Positions 37,201-45,304 of a stretch of DNA of 64,000 nucleotides are shown piece after piece. The stretch spans positions 103,781 through 167,780 of the forward strand of contig JAUYMS010000027.1 of NCBI GenBank assembly GCA_030698625.1, given 5' to 3'. The stretch's first letter is position 1. Each line of letters opens with the position of its first letter. The position numbers and the translations under genes were made by a program. This stretch comes from Candidatus Omnitrophota bacterium. Its GTDB lineage: Bacteria > Omnitrophota > Omnitrophia > Omnitrophales > Aquincolibacteriaceae. The notes beneath the pieces are model-generated. The model was not told where the DNA came from. It ran no database searches and worked only from the letters and a program-made list of their open reading frames with translations.

Positions 37201-38631
37201 CCTTCCCCTCACCGCCATGAGGTTTAGAAGATTTTTCAAGAAGACATCATCGCGCTCTCGGGCAATGGCATAAAAACGAATCGCCGGAATCTGGTCTCGG
37301 TTTATGGACTTGATGAGGTTATTCATATCTGCCGCAAGTTCGCCGATGCGATCCTCGCCGGCCTTCTCACTCCCCGCAGAGTTCATGCCCTCGAACTCCC
37401 GCCACTCGCCAAAACTGAGTTCCAGAGCTGCGAGTTTTCTTAAAACTCGCAGACGGCCGTTTAGCGCATCGACGGCACGGGCGGCCGGAGACACCATCAT
37501 GTTTTCCTTAAGCGTGCCGATCAGGGCCTCCACTTCCTCAAAAAAGGCCGCCCCCTGCATTTGTTGCAGCTGTTCATGCCGCGCAATCATTCCCGTAAGC
37601 TCCTGCGAGATTTCCAGCGGCAGGCCCTTGCCCTCGGCAAGGCGAACAAGATAATGGGCGAATGCTTCCGGGGCCAGGTGCTCCGTGCGGTAGCTTTGTA
37701 TTTTTCCCTGAAACTGGCTTGTTTCTGCATGGGTCAATAGCGGCTGCATAAGAGTAATAAGCGCTTGGACTTCTTCTTGGATCCTAGTGCGGGCCGGCCA
37801 TTCTTCCTTGCCGATCTCAGCTAGCATCGCCGCCACCCGCCCGTAATCTTCCCCGATGTTGATTATTGTCTGCTTTGCGCTTTCACCTAATTCTCTGAGA
37901 AGATCGAGGAGGTCCTTTTCGCCCTCGTGAAAATCTCGAACGGCTTGGTCCAACACCAAGAGTTTTGGGGAGTAAAATTCTGCTTTTAGGGCAGCGAGCC
38001 TTTCATCGAAAGCGTTGAGGTTTTTATCCAGCGCGGGTTTCGCTTTAAGGGCTTTTAGGAATTCTGCTATTCCACTTTCATAGAGCTCCTGATCTTCGAC
38101 ACCGTAGTAGTCAAGACTCGCCCCTAATACCGCGTGCGCCGCCGCACCGGACAATTCTCCGCTGCGGATATACGCTTCGAAAACCTCACGCAGAATATCT
38201 TTGTCGGGATAAGCCTGAAAAAGCGTGGGATCGAGTTTTCCGGCGGCACCCTCCAAGCCGATTAAGTCGATGCCGTATTCGGCGTGAAAATAGCCCACGA
38301 GTTCGAAAAGGGATTGTTGAGCGCTCGGAACGGCGTGCGCATCGCGTATGAGCACGACAAGGTTCCCGTTTTTCTCGTCGCTTGCCCGGTAATGTTCTTC
38401 AGCAGTGCCCAACTCCGCAGGGAGACTCAAGCCGGCCGACAGATCAAAAGACCCGTCGACCGTTTCACTATGCGAGCGAGGCGTAGATTGCTTGAGTTCT
38501 CCCTGTGTGGGTTGGGCATAAAGAGTGCCGGTGGGCGATATGACATCGAGCGTGGTGAAACAGATAAGCAGACAAAGGGCGGTTGCCCTTCGTCCCAGAT
38601 AGAGTTTTCGTCTTTGTGAAATCGCTCGCAT
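4261..38631 (-). CDS. giant multi-domain secreted/membrane protein, 11,456 aa (34,371-bp single ORF)
   Basis: One uninterrupted reading frame from the ATG at 38629-38631 to the stop at 4261-4263. The N-terminus looks like a signal peptide ([41 protein letters not shown]). Recognisable domain signatures exist along its length (see domain sub-features). The exact pentapeptide RSELR occurs 16 times. A weak SD-like AAAAGGG lies upstream. Confidence 0.9.
5470..6960 (-). other. giant protein: Superfamily-1 (Upf1/DNA2-like, AAA_11/AAA_12-type) helicase domain
   Basis: Walker [14 protein letters not shown] (about 6880-6930), motif [10 protein letters not shown], motif [14 protein letters not shown] (about 6400-6440), and Upf1-like motif [17 protein letters not shown] (about 5490-5545). 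All were back-translated. Confidence 0.8.
7300..12050 (-). other. giant protein: long predominantly alpha-helical, TPR-like repeat region (boundaries approximate)
   Basis: Recurrent about 34-aa helical-hairpin-like segments rich in A/L/E/K/R, e.g. [35 protein letters not shown] and [36 protein letters not shown]. One was back-translated from 9205-9290. Confidence 0.4.
14300..15740 (-). other. giant protein: glycogen/alpha-glucan phosphorylase (GT35)-like domain (tentative)
   Basis: [12 protein letters not shown] resembles the GGLG(x)LAGD phosphorylase-family motif. [12 protein letters not shown] resembles the conserved (A)YTNHT(V/L)LPEALE block. Back-translated from 14960-15050 and 15590-15760. 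Confidence 0.35.
20550..20840 (-). other. giant protein: Nudix hydrolase-like domain (degenerate Nudix box)
   Basis: [24 protein letters not shown] partially fits G-x5-E-x7-RE-U-x-EE-x-G-U; the Glu-Glu pair is replaced. It is preceded by [12 protein letters not shown]. Back-translated from 20690-20830. Confidence 0.4.
21330..22480 (-). other. giant protein: CofD/YvcK (UPF0052, gluconeogenesis factor / 2-phospho-L-lactate transferase) family-like domain
   Basis: N-terminal [21 protein letters not shown] parallels the IVVIGGGTGLSTLLRGLK pattern. C-terminal [41 protein letters not shown] parallels the DAIVIGPGSLYTSIIPNLLV-GI-EAL...K-Y-CN pattern. Back-translated from 22440-22530 and 21421-21520. 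Confidence 0.55.
22900..23340 (-). other. giant protein: class I SAM-dependent methyltransferase-like Rossmann domain
   Basis: [14 protein letters not shown] (glycine-rich motif I-like) and [11 protein letters not shown] (post-motif II/III pattern). Back-translated from 23250-23345. Confidence 0.45.
26745..29130 (-). repeat. giant gene internal tandem module, copy 2 (about 2.4 kb)
   Basis: RSELR, then a TM helix ([18 protein letters not shown]), a Pro-rich linker ([12 protein letters not shown]...), and the same about 700-aa domain ([17 protein letters not shown]...[13 protein letters not shown]...). The parallel shadow ORFs 26969..27175 and 29360..29566 encode near-identical peptides. Confidence 0.8.
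29131..31535 (-). repeat. giant gene internal tandem module, copy 1 (about 2.4 kb)
   Basis: RSELR, then a TM helix ([16 protein letters not shown]), a Pro/Ala/Val-rich linker, and about 700 aa of conserved domain of unknown function ([17 protein letters not shown]...[13 protein letters not shown]...). It is colinear with copy 2 at roughly 65-70% aa identity by eye. Confidence 0.8.
32000..32700 (-). other. giant protein: GlnD/GlnE-type (DUF294-like) nucleotidyltransferase-like domain
   Basis: [20 protein letters not shown] matches the GS-x-AR-x-E-x-SDIDL pol-beta-like NTase signature. Back-translated from 32420-32530. Confidence 0.55.
32950..33600 (-). other. giant protein: histidine phosphatase (PGAM-like) superfamily-like domain
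   Basis: N-terminal [13 protein letters not shown] (RHG-type catalytic motif) and downstream NILISSHG. Both were back-translated from 33590-33640 and 33100-33170. Confidence 0.5.
34540..35010 (-). other. giant protein: GNAT N-acetyltransferase-like domain
   Basis: [28 protein letters not shown] matches GNAT motif A (V-x-P-x-Y-R-G-x-G-hGxxh). Verified by back-translation of 34640-34790. Confidence 0.55.
35250..35650 (-). other. giant protein: CheY-like receiver-like domain (tentative)
   Basis: [11 protein letters not shown] ... [11 protein letters not shown] ... TIIIFNS ... APAK pattern resembles receiver beta1 (acidic pair), phospho-Asp strand, beta4 Thr/Ser and the beta5 Lys. The first acidic pair is degenerate (E-N-G-E-D). 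Confidence 0.35.
38509..38631 (-). other. giant protein: predicted N-terminal signal peptide
   Basis: Basic n-region (RRKLYLGRR), hydrophobic core ([13 protein letters not shown]), then a small-residue cleavage-like region (LYAQP). Confidence 0.55.
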
Positions 38632-38810
38632 AGTTCGTAACCCTTTTAAAAGGAAAAGGATATGAAAGGGTACACGGGCTTTGTAAAAGTTTCAAATAAG
38701 TTGCGAGGGATTATCTTGGATGGGTGGCGCTGCTATATATCGATATAAACAACTAGCTGGGAAATTTCGTGATTTCTAACAGAAGCGGGCTTTGAAAAGC
38801 AGGGGGTGTA
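38632..38810 (-). promoter_or_regulatory. ychF-giant gene intergenic region; putative promoter/operator of the giant gene
   Basis: 179-bp AT-enriched spacer containing a 12-bp perfect palindrome TATATCGATATA (38736..38747). On the coding strand, TTGAAA and TTTACA -35-like hexamers lie about 60-80 nt upstream of the ATG. I could not assign -10/-35 elements confidently. Confidence 0.3.
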
Positions 38811-39905
38811 TTAAACACTGAAACGGAATAGCATCACATCACCGTCGACAACCTCATACTCCTTGCCTTCGACACGCAAAAGGCCTTTTTCTTTGACGGC
38901 AGCCGAGGAGCCGAGTCGGATGAGATCCTCGCATTTCATCGTCTCGGCACGGATAAAACCCCGTTCGAAATCGGAATGAATCACGCCCGCCGCCTGCGGG
39001 GCCGTACAACCGCGGCGCACAGTCCAAGCGCGAACTTCCGGTTCGCCGGCGGTAAAATAAGTGATAAGATTGAGCAGTTTGTAACCGCTGCGGATGAGCT
39101 GATGCAGACCCGGCTCCTCAAGTTTGAGCTCGGCAAGAAACTCTTTTTGTTCCTCGGGGGAGAGGTCTACGAGTTCGGCCTCGACTTTTCCTGAAATGAC
39201 AACCATTTCGGCGCCTTCTCCAACAGCCCATTCCCGGACCTTGGCAACAAAAGGCCCTCCCTCCGGCAGCTCGTCTTCGGCTGCATTCGCGCAGTAGAGA
39301 ACTGGCTTCAGGGTAAGAAAAGCCATGTCCAGTATTAACTTCTTTTCCTGGTCCGTGAGATCAAGACGCCTAAGCGGAGTTCCGTCTTCCAAGGACTTTT
39401 TGACCTTTTCGTACACCGGCAAGAGCTCCTTGCATTCCTTATCACCGCTCCGTGCAAGTTTTTCGGTTTTCTCAAAACGCTTCGACATGGTGTCGAGATC
39501 TTTGAGGCAAAGTTCGGTATCAATAATTTCGATATCACGGATCGGATCCACGCTTCCGGCGACATGCACAATGTTAGAGTCCTCGAAGCAGCGCACCACA
39601 TGCAGGATAGCCTCGACTTCTTTGATATGCCCCAAGAATTGGTTTCCGAGCCCTTCCCCTTTGGATGCCCCGCTAACCAGTCCCGCGATATCGAAGAACT
39701 CGATAGAGGTCGGGGTCGTTTTCTTTGGGGAAAAAATCTGGCTAAGTGCTGTCAGGCGTGGGTCGGGAACCCCCACAATGCCTTTATTGGGATCAATGGT
39801 GCAAAACGGATAGTTGGACGCCTCGACCTTTGTTTTACACAACGTATTGAAAATCGTAGATTTACCGACATTCGGAAGGCCTACGATTCCACAGCGAAAA
39901 CCCAT
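38811..39905 (-). CDS. ychF: ribosome-binding ATPase YchF (Obg-family GTPase)
   Basis: 364 aa. Carries the G1 motif GIVGLPNVGKSTIFN and a C-terminal TGS domain, colinear with YchF throughout. Confidence 0.9.
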   Translation of the reverse strand: MGFRCGIVGLPNVGKSTIFNTLCKTKVEASNYPFCTIDPNKGIVGVPDPRLTALSQIFSPKKTTPTSIEFFDIAGLVSGASKGEGLGNQFLGHIKEVEAILHVVRCFEDSNIVHVAGSVDPIRDIEIIDTELCLKDLDTMSKRFEKTEKLARSGDKECKELLPVYEKVKKSLEDGTPLRRLDLTDQEKKLILDMAFLTLKPVLYCANAAEDELPEGGPFVAKVREWAVGEGAEMVVISGKVEAELVDLSPEEQKEFLAELKLEEPGLHQLIRSGYKLLNLITYFTAGEPEVRAWTVRRGCTAPQAAGVIHSDFERGFIRAETMKCEDLIRLGSSAAVKEKGLLRVEGKEYEVVDGDVMLFRFSV

Positions 39906-40048
39906 ATTTTACTCTCCTTAAACTCCCTTGGTTGGTCTGCGCAATATATCAGAAAAGGCGGACGGCGGAAACCAGCTCTTGACAGGTTGATTATTTAGGA
40001 TAATATATATGCTGTTTTTACAATTATGTCGTTCTGGGTGCCCTCACT

Positions 40049-40720
40049 ATGAAACCACTGATTCTTTTTTTAGCGATTCACCTGTTGGCTATAGCGCCTA
40101 CCGTTGTGGCCGTTGAAGTTGAATACGAGCACCGAGAGCTATTTGCCTATCTGCTTGAGCTCGAACCGTCGGCGCGTGAAGTCCAGCAGGCCGTCATTCA
40201 TTATGCGGATGTCGGCAACGCAAAGATTCACCGCTGGCACCAGCAATCGCGTCTCAGAGCGCTTATGCCCTCAGTCAAGTTCGGGCGAGACCATTCCCGC
40301 AGCAATGTTGTCGATCTAGATCGCGGCAGCACGTCAGATTCTGACGTATATATTAGCGGCCCTGATGAGGTCGAGGAGCAGTGGGACTTCGCCGTCGAGT
40401 GGGACCTCTCAAACCTTCTCTTCAGCAGCTCTCAGACATATATCGACTCGCGGCAAAGGTCCATGGTTCAGCTCCGCAAACAACTGTTGGCCGAAGCGAC
40501 ACAGCTCTACTACGAACGCCGCCGCACCCAGGTTCTCGTCCTTGGGTTTGCGGCACAGAGCGAAAAGGACCCCTGGAGCATGCGTGTCCGCCTGGACGAA
40601 CTGACATCACTGCTTGATGCTATGACGGGCGGCTTTTTAAGCGCGCGGTTGGACGAGCTTTATCTACTGTATCCCGAATTCAGCCGTCTTTGGCTCGGCG
40701 CTCCGAGTCTTTCCGGTTGA
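40049..40720 (+). CDS. hypothetical secreted protein
   Basis: 223 aa with an N-terminal signal peptide (MKPLILFLAIHLLAIAPTVVAVEV). No recognisable domain. An AT-rich putative promoter lies upstream (39940-40040). Its 3' end overlaps the rlmN stop by 41 bp, convergently. Confidence 0.5.
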   Translation: MKPLILFLAIHLLAIAPTVVAVEVEYEHRELFAYLLELEPSAREVQQAVIHYADVGNAKIHRWHQQSRLRALMPSVKFGRDHSRSNVVDLDRGSTSDSDVYISGPDEVEEQWDFAVEWDLSNLLFSSSQTYIDSRQRSMVQLRKQLLAEATQLYYERRRTQVLVLGFAAQSEKDPWSMRVRLDELTSLLDAMTGGFLSARLDELYLLYPEFSRLWLGAPSLSG

Positions 40721-41750
40721 GGCGAAGTTGACCGCACGCCGCATCAATATCTCGCCCTGCGGTCTTGCGTATCGTAACACGTATCCCGTGCTCGTGAAAA
40801 ACGCGGCGGAACATTGCAATTTTCTCGTCTGTCGGCGTGCGGAACGCTTCTTCTTCAATGGGGTTGTACGGGATGATGTTGACCTTTGCATGCAACGGCT
40901 TGGCGATACGCGCGACGCCCTCGGCGTCCTCACGGCTATCGTTGACCTCGTCGATGAGCGTATACTCAAACGTTATCTGCCGCTTGAGGCTGTGGTGAAC
41001 TTTAGCCAGAGTTTTCTTGAGCTCGCCCAAACCATATTTCCTATTAATCGGCACGAGGCGGCTCCGTTTCGCATCGTCGCTCGCATGCAATGAGACCGAT
41101 AACCGTACGCGGCCGCCGACATGCTTAACAAAATCCAGAATGCGGGGCGTAATCCCGGAAGTCGACACGGTGATCCTTCGCGGTCCCATCGCTAAGCCCC
41201 ACGGCGCTTGTAGAATATCAAGAGCCCTCATGGTCTCATCGAAATTGTCTAGCGGCTCACCCATCCCCATAAACACGACGTTCGTGACCGCCCCGGCCTT
41301 CATTTTCTGAATCCAAGCAACTTGCTCGACAATCTCCCCAGCTGAGAGATCGCGACCGAATTTTCCCTTACCGCTGGCGCAAAAGATACACCCGATCTTG
41401 CACCCCAGCTGAGTCGAAACGCAAACAGTCTTTCTTTTCTGCTGCTCGATCAAAACGCTTTCGACAAGCTCGCCGTCGATTGTGCGAAAAAGATATTTCA
41501 CGGATTCCCCATTGGCCGAAGCCTTTTCTTCAACCAAGCTGAGCGCGTGAAGCCGATACTCCGTGCTCAAACGCTGGCGAGTTGCCGTTGGGAGATTGCT
41601 TGCTTCTTGGAAGGACTCAATGTTCTTTTTATATATCCACTCGAGTATTTGGGTTGCGCGGTATGGCGGCAGCCCCTCGCGTTTCGCGAGTTCCTGGGCC
41701 GCCTCAAGGTCTATGCCGAAAAGGACATGGTTTAAATCCACTTTTTCCAT
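40680..41750 (-). CDS. rlmN: 23S rRNA (adenine2503-C2)-methyltransferase RlmN (radical SAM)
   Basis: The radical-SAM CxxxCxxC appears as CKIGCIFCASG. The flanking blocks GMGEPLDN, ITVSTSG and NIIPYNP are RlmN/Cfr-typical. The start was moved to the internal MEKVD (ATG 41748-41750), which leaves a 13-nt spacer after the corA stop. The track start at 41822 would overlap corA by 90 nt. Confidence 0.85.
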   Translation of the reverse strand: MEKVDLNHVLFGIDLEAAQELAKREGLPPYRATQILEWIYKKNIESFQEASNLPTATRQRLSTEYRLHALSLVEEKASANGESVKYLFRTIDGELVESVLIEQQKRKTVCVSTQLGCKIGCIFCASGKGKFGRDLSAGEIVEQVAWIQKMKAGAVTNVVFMGMGEPLDNFDETMRALDILQAPWGLAMGPRRITVSTSGITPRILDFVKHVGGRVRLSVSLHASDDAKRSRLVPINRKYGLGELKKTLAKVHHSLKRQITFEYTLIDEVNDSREDAEGVARIAKPLHAKVNIIPYNPIEEEAFRTPTDEKIAMFRRVFHEHGIRVTIRKTAGRDIDAACGQLRLNRKDSERRAKDG

Positions 41751-42712
41751 TTCATCCAGATCAGCATTACGCCCGATATGGCGGCCATCACGAGAAATGA
41801 AAATCCATAGCCGAATTTCCATGTCAATTCCGGCATGTGGCGAAAGTTCATGCCATAAATGCTGGCGACAATCACGGCGGGCATGGTCAGTGTTGCAAGC
41901 ACCGTCATGTGCTTGATAATTTCATTGAGCTTATGCGAGGAGTACGAAAAATAGGCCTGCAAAACACTCGACAGACTTTCGTGAAAACCTTCTGCGATAC
42001 TGTAAATTCGGAGAAGATGGTCATAGATATCACGAAAGTAAATGCGGTGTTTGGCCGTGATAAACGGCGTTGGGGTACGCGTCAGGTAATTGATGAGGTC
42101 GCGCTGCGGCGAAACGATTTTTCTCAGGTTAAAGACGTCGCGCTTCATCATTATCACAGTTTCCAAATAATCGGCGGGCGGATTATGAAAGATGGCTTCT
42201 TCGATCTTATCAATGCGGTCGTCGTATCGGTCGAGAATCGGTTGGAAGTTATCGACTAAGCGGTCGAGAATGGCATGCACCAAAACGTCGGAACCGTGCG
42301 CCATCAGGATCTCCGGCTTTCGCTCAACGGTATTCCGCACCTGCTCGACGGTCCCCACCGGGGTCTTGTGAAATGTAACGACGTAGTTGCGCCCGAAAAA
42401 AATATCCAACTCGATCGTCCGGAGCTCCTCTTCACCTTCGTCATTGGGCTGTGTCATCAGCGCGTGAGTCACTAGAAACAGATACTCTTCGTAATCGTCG
42501 ACCTTCGGCTGCGAGTGATCCGTCAAACAGTCTTCAACCGCGAGAGGATGAAAGTTGAAGATCTCCACCAAACAATCGCTTTCGAATTCGGTAGGGGCCT
42601 GCAGGTCCACCCAGACCAGGCTGTCTTTTTCCGCAAGCGCCGAGAGCATCTGCGCGCGGGTGAGGTCCTTCGTGAAAGCCTTTCCCTTTTTCCACTGGCA
42701 TGTGTGAAGCAC
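41732..42712 (-). CDS. corA: Mg2+/Co2+ transporter CorA
   Basis: 326 aa. A cytoplasmic domain is followed by two C-terminal TMs carrying the YGMNF signature (SIYGMNFRHMPE). Confidence 0.8.
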   Translation of the reverse strand: MLHTCQWKKGKAFTKDLTRAQMLSALAEKDSLVWVDLQAPTEFESDCLVEIFNFHPLAVEDCLTDHSQPKVDDYEEYLFLVTHALMTQPNDEGEEELRTIELDIFFGRNYVVTFHKTPVGTVEQVRNTVERKPEILMAHGSDVLVHAILDRLVDNFQPILDRYDDRIDKIEEAIFHNPPADYLETVIMMKRDVFNLRKIVSPQRDLINYLTRTPTPFITAKHRIYFRDIYDHLLRIYSIAEGFHESLSSVLQAYFSYSSHKLNEIIKHMTVLATLTMPAVIVASIYGMNFRHMPELTWKFGYGFSFLVMAAISGVMLIWMKWKKWI

Positions 42713-42714
42713 AA

Positions 42715-43479
42715 CTATTTCCTCAGCTTAAACCCAATCCGGAAGAGATAAACGGTCACGGAAAATAATACGAAAAAGATGCAAACGACAACGGTCATAC
42801 ACTGCCCGAGCGGCACATCCGAAATTCCCAGCATTGCGTACCGCATGCCATTGACCATGTAGAACATCGGGTTAAACTGCGTTACCCATCTTAGCGCTTC
42901 CGGCACCATCGTAATGGAGTGGAACACCCCGCCGAAGAAGATCAGCGGAGTAATAACAAAGGTAGTAACCACAGTCAAATGCTCAAACTCCTCCGCGAAT
43001 AACGCCATGATCATACCCGCTGAGGAGAATGTAAGCGAGACAAAAATAAGAAAAAACACCATCACTTCAGGATGCGCCGGCGGAAATCTTACGAACATAA
43101 GCGAGACACAGTAAACACCCGTTGCCGTCACTGAACTTCGGACCAAGCCCCCGATCAGCATGGCCATCACCATTTCGACATACGACAACGGCGTCACAAG
43201 CAACTCTTCGATATTGTTGGCCCATCGAGAAATAAACAAGGAGCTAGAGGTGTTGGCGTAGGCGCCCTCGATAATATACATCATCAACAGTCCCGGAATT
43301 AAATAGGTTAAGTACGGAACGCCTTCGACTGTTTTGATGTGTCTGCCCAACGAGAACCCGAATATGAAAATATAAAGAAAGCTCGAGACCACCGGAGGGA
43401 AGATGGTTTGACGGAACACCGAGATGAATCGAAATATTTCACGATGGACCAAGGCTTGGAAACCGATCATGGAGTTCAC
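42715..43479 (-). CDS. ABC-2 family transporter permease
   Basis: 254 aa with 6 predicted TMs, overlapping the upstream ATPase gene by 4 nt. This is a typical ABC-2 exporter layout. Confidence 0.7.
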   Translation of the reverse strand: MNSMIGFQALVHREIFRFISVFRQTIFPPVVSSFLYIFIFGFSLGRHIKTVEGVPYLTYLIPGLLMMYIIEGAYANTSSSLFISRWANNIEELLVTPLSYVEMVMAMLIGGLVRSSVTATGVYCVSLMFVRFPPAHPEVMVFFLIFVSLTFSSAGMIMALFAEEFEHLTVVTTFVITPLIFFGGVFHSITMVPEALRWVTQFNPMFYMVNGMRYAMLGISDVPLGQCMTVVVCIFFVLFSVTVYLFRIGFKLRK

Positions 43480-44408
43480 GGCGCCGCCTTTTCCTTCGGA
43501 TCACGGATCAGTCTGAGGAATGCGTCTTCAAGGGTGGGGCGTCGTATATCAATCCTGTCGATCTCATACCCATGATTGTGGAGCGACTTTAGAACCTTAG
43601 CCACGGCATTGTCGCGCTCTTCAAAGCGCAGCTTCCGCCCCTTGTCTTCGAGCACAATGGGAATCGCCTCCACGTCCTCAGGCACAGAGAGCATTTCTTT
43701 TTTCAGATAAAGCTCGACCTGGTCGCCGCTCATCCTTCGCACTAAGGCCTCGGTCGGCTCCAACGCAACGATTTTACCGCGATGAATTACGCCGATGCGT
43801 GAACAGAGTTTTTCGGCTTCTTCGATATAGTGTGTCGTTAAAAAGATTGTCGTCCCCTCCTTATTTAAACCTCTGAGAAAGTCCCATAACTGATAGCGCA
43901 ATTCCAAGTCAACGCCGGCGGTGGGCTCATCTAAGATCAGAATTTTGGGGCGGTGGACCAGCGCGCGCGCAATGAGCAGCCTTCGCTTCATCCCGCCCGA
44001 GAGTTTCTTGTATCCATCGTTACTCTTTTCCGTAAGTTTAAAGAACCCGAGCAGTTCTTCGGCGCGCTCTTTGGCCTGACGCTTGGGGACTCCAAAGTAG
44101 CCGGCTTCATAAGTCAGAATCTGCTTCGCTGTCAGAAAGGGGTCAAAGTTAAACTCCTGCGGGACGAGCCCGATGAGAGCACGCGTCTTGCGGTATTCAG
44201 TCAAAACATCATGCCCAAAGACGCGAACTTGTCCGGCGCTGAAGTTTGCGAGGCCGGTGAGTACGCTAATCGTCGTCGTCTTGCCTGCTCCATTCGGGCC
44301 AAGAAAACCGAAAAACTCTCCCGCCTCAACCTCGAGCGACACATCTTCAATCGCCCGGAGACGGCGATAGTCTTTACTCAGGTTTTTAATTGAGATTGCG
44401 GTTTCCAT
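43476..44408 (-). CDS. ABC transporter ATP-binding protein
   Basis: Walker A GPNGAGKTTT, ABC signature LSGGMKRRLLIARAL, and Walker B ILILDEPTAGVD. Confidence 0.85.
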   Translation of the reverse strand: METAISIKNLSKDYRRLRAIEDVSLEVEAGEFFGFLGPNGAGKTTTISVLTGLANFSAGQVRVFGHDVLTEYRKTRALIGLVPQEFNFDPFLTAKQILTYEAGYFGVPKRQAKERAEELLGFFKLTEKSNDGYKKLSGGMKRRLLIARALVHRPKILILDEPTAGVDLELRYQLWDFLRGLNKEGTTIFLTTHYIEEAEKLCSRIGVIHRGKIVALEPTEALVRRMSGDQVELYLKKEMLSVPEDVEAIPIVLEDKGRKLRFEERDNAVAKVLKSLHNHGYEIDRIDIRRPTLEDAFLRLIRDPKEKAAP

Positions 44409-44419
44409 AAGGGCGGCTG

Positions 44420-45126
44420 TTAGGCTAGGCTTCGGTGAAGATAGAAATCATCTATTCCGAGTTTTTCCGGTCTGCGGGGATCAAGACTAGCGCGAATAAA
44501 AATATACTCGTTGGCTTCTAGGAGGCCGCGCAACTTCGCTCGCAAAGCCGTATCACGGTGATGCTCCACGGTGACGGCGCGAAACTGGTATCGGCCAAAC
44601 GGGAAACGGCTTAGAATCGCAAACTCACTGCCTTCCGTGTCCAGGCTCAGGTAATCAATCGTCTTCGGAGCATTATACTTTTCGAGAATGGCCGCGAGGG
44701 GTGCGGCCTTCCTGCGCTCAACGGCAACCGCCGGATTGTCCGGCACGTACGAGCGGACATCCGCGATAATTTTCGCAGCGCGCTCATTGGGATAAAAGTC
44801 CACCTCGCCAAAATCGGCCGCAACCACTGAGTCGTCGCAGTGGCACCGCCGGACCTGCGCCATTCTGGCAAAGGCCCCGCGGCAAGGCTCAATGCAGATA
44901 CCGTCCCAATACAGGTACTTTTCAAGCGCATAACTGTTGCTCCCCTTAACACCGTTATGGGCCCCTACATCCACAAAATAACCGCGTTTCTTCTTGCCGA
45001 AAATCTCTTCGATAACCCAGCGATCCTGCCCCGTTTTCCTCGAGCTAAAATACGGGACAGGGCGATCAATAGCAAAACGCCGGTACGTCCATTCCGCCGC
45101 ATGGCTTAGCGGACCGAATCGCCTCA
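44420..45126 (-). CDS. FkbM-family methyltransferase
   Basis: GYFVDVGAHNGVKGSNSYALEKYLYWDGICIEP fits the FkbM motif (hhDVGAN-G). The track ORF extends to 45292 across the tRNA-Ser gene, so I start at MRRFGPLS (ATG 45124-45126). Confidence 0.55.
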
Positions 45127-45189
45127 TCGATTTGATTTCCTGCTTCCACGGATCCACAGCGCTGCCTCTATCCCTTTTCACTGAAAAAA

Positions 45190-45279
45190 TGGCGGAGAGG
45201 AAGGGATTCGAACCCTTGAGACCTTGCAGTCTACTCGCTTTCCAAGCGAGCGCACTCGACCGGGCTATGCGACCTCTCC
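45190..45279 (-). tRNA. tRNA-Ser (anticodon GGA)
   Basis: Reverse-complement GGAGAGGTCGCATAGCCCGGTCGAGTGCGCTCGCTTGGAAAGCGAG...AAGGGTTCGAATCCCTTCCTCTCCGCCA. A 7-bp acceptor stem, a 3-bp class-II D-stem, the anticodon loop TTGGAAA, a long variable arm, and T-loop TTCGAAT. CCA is encoded. Confidence 0.85.
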
Positions 45280-45304
45280 GTATAACTTTCAAAAAAGCTT
45301 ACCG

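Noticed and set aside
4261-38631. About 150 ORF-track entries of 60-370 aa on both strands inside the giant gene interval (e.g. 5773..6570 +, 14803..15450 +, 19411..20532 +, 23599..24396 +, 34891..35826 +)
   Set aside because: All are alternative-frame or antisense shadows of the single 34-kb ORF. In GC-rich DNA stop codons are rare off-frame. Their translations are low-complexity and Arg/Ser/Pro-rich with no domain signatures. Several (e.g. 26969..27175 and 29360..29566) simply mirror the internal duplication.
44420-45292. Long form of the FkbM-like ORF (290 aa)
   Set aside because: Its 5' 55 codons run straight through the tRNA-Ser(GGA) gene (45190..45279). Start was reset to 45126.
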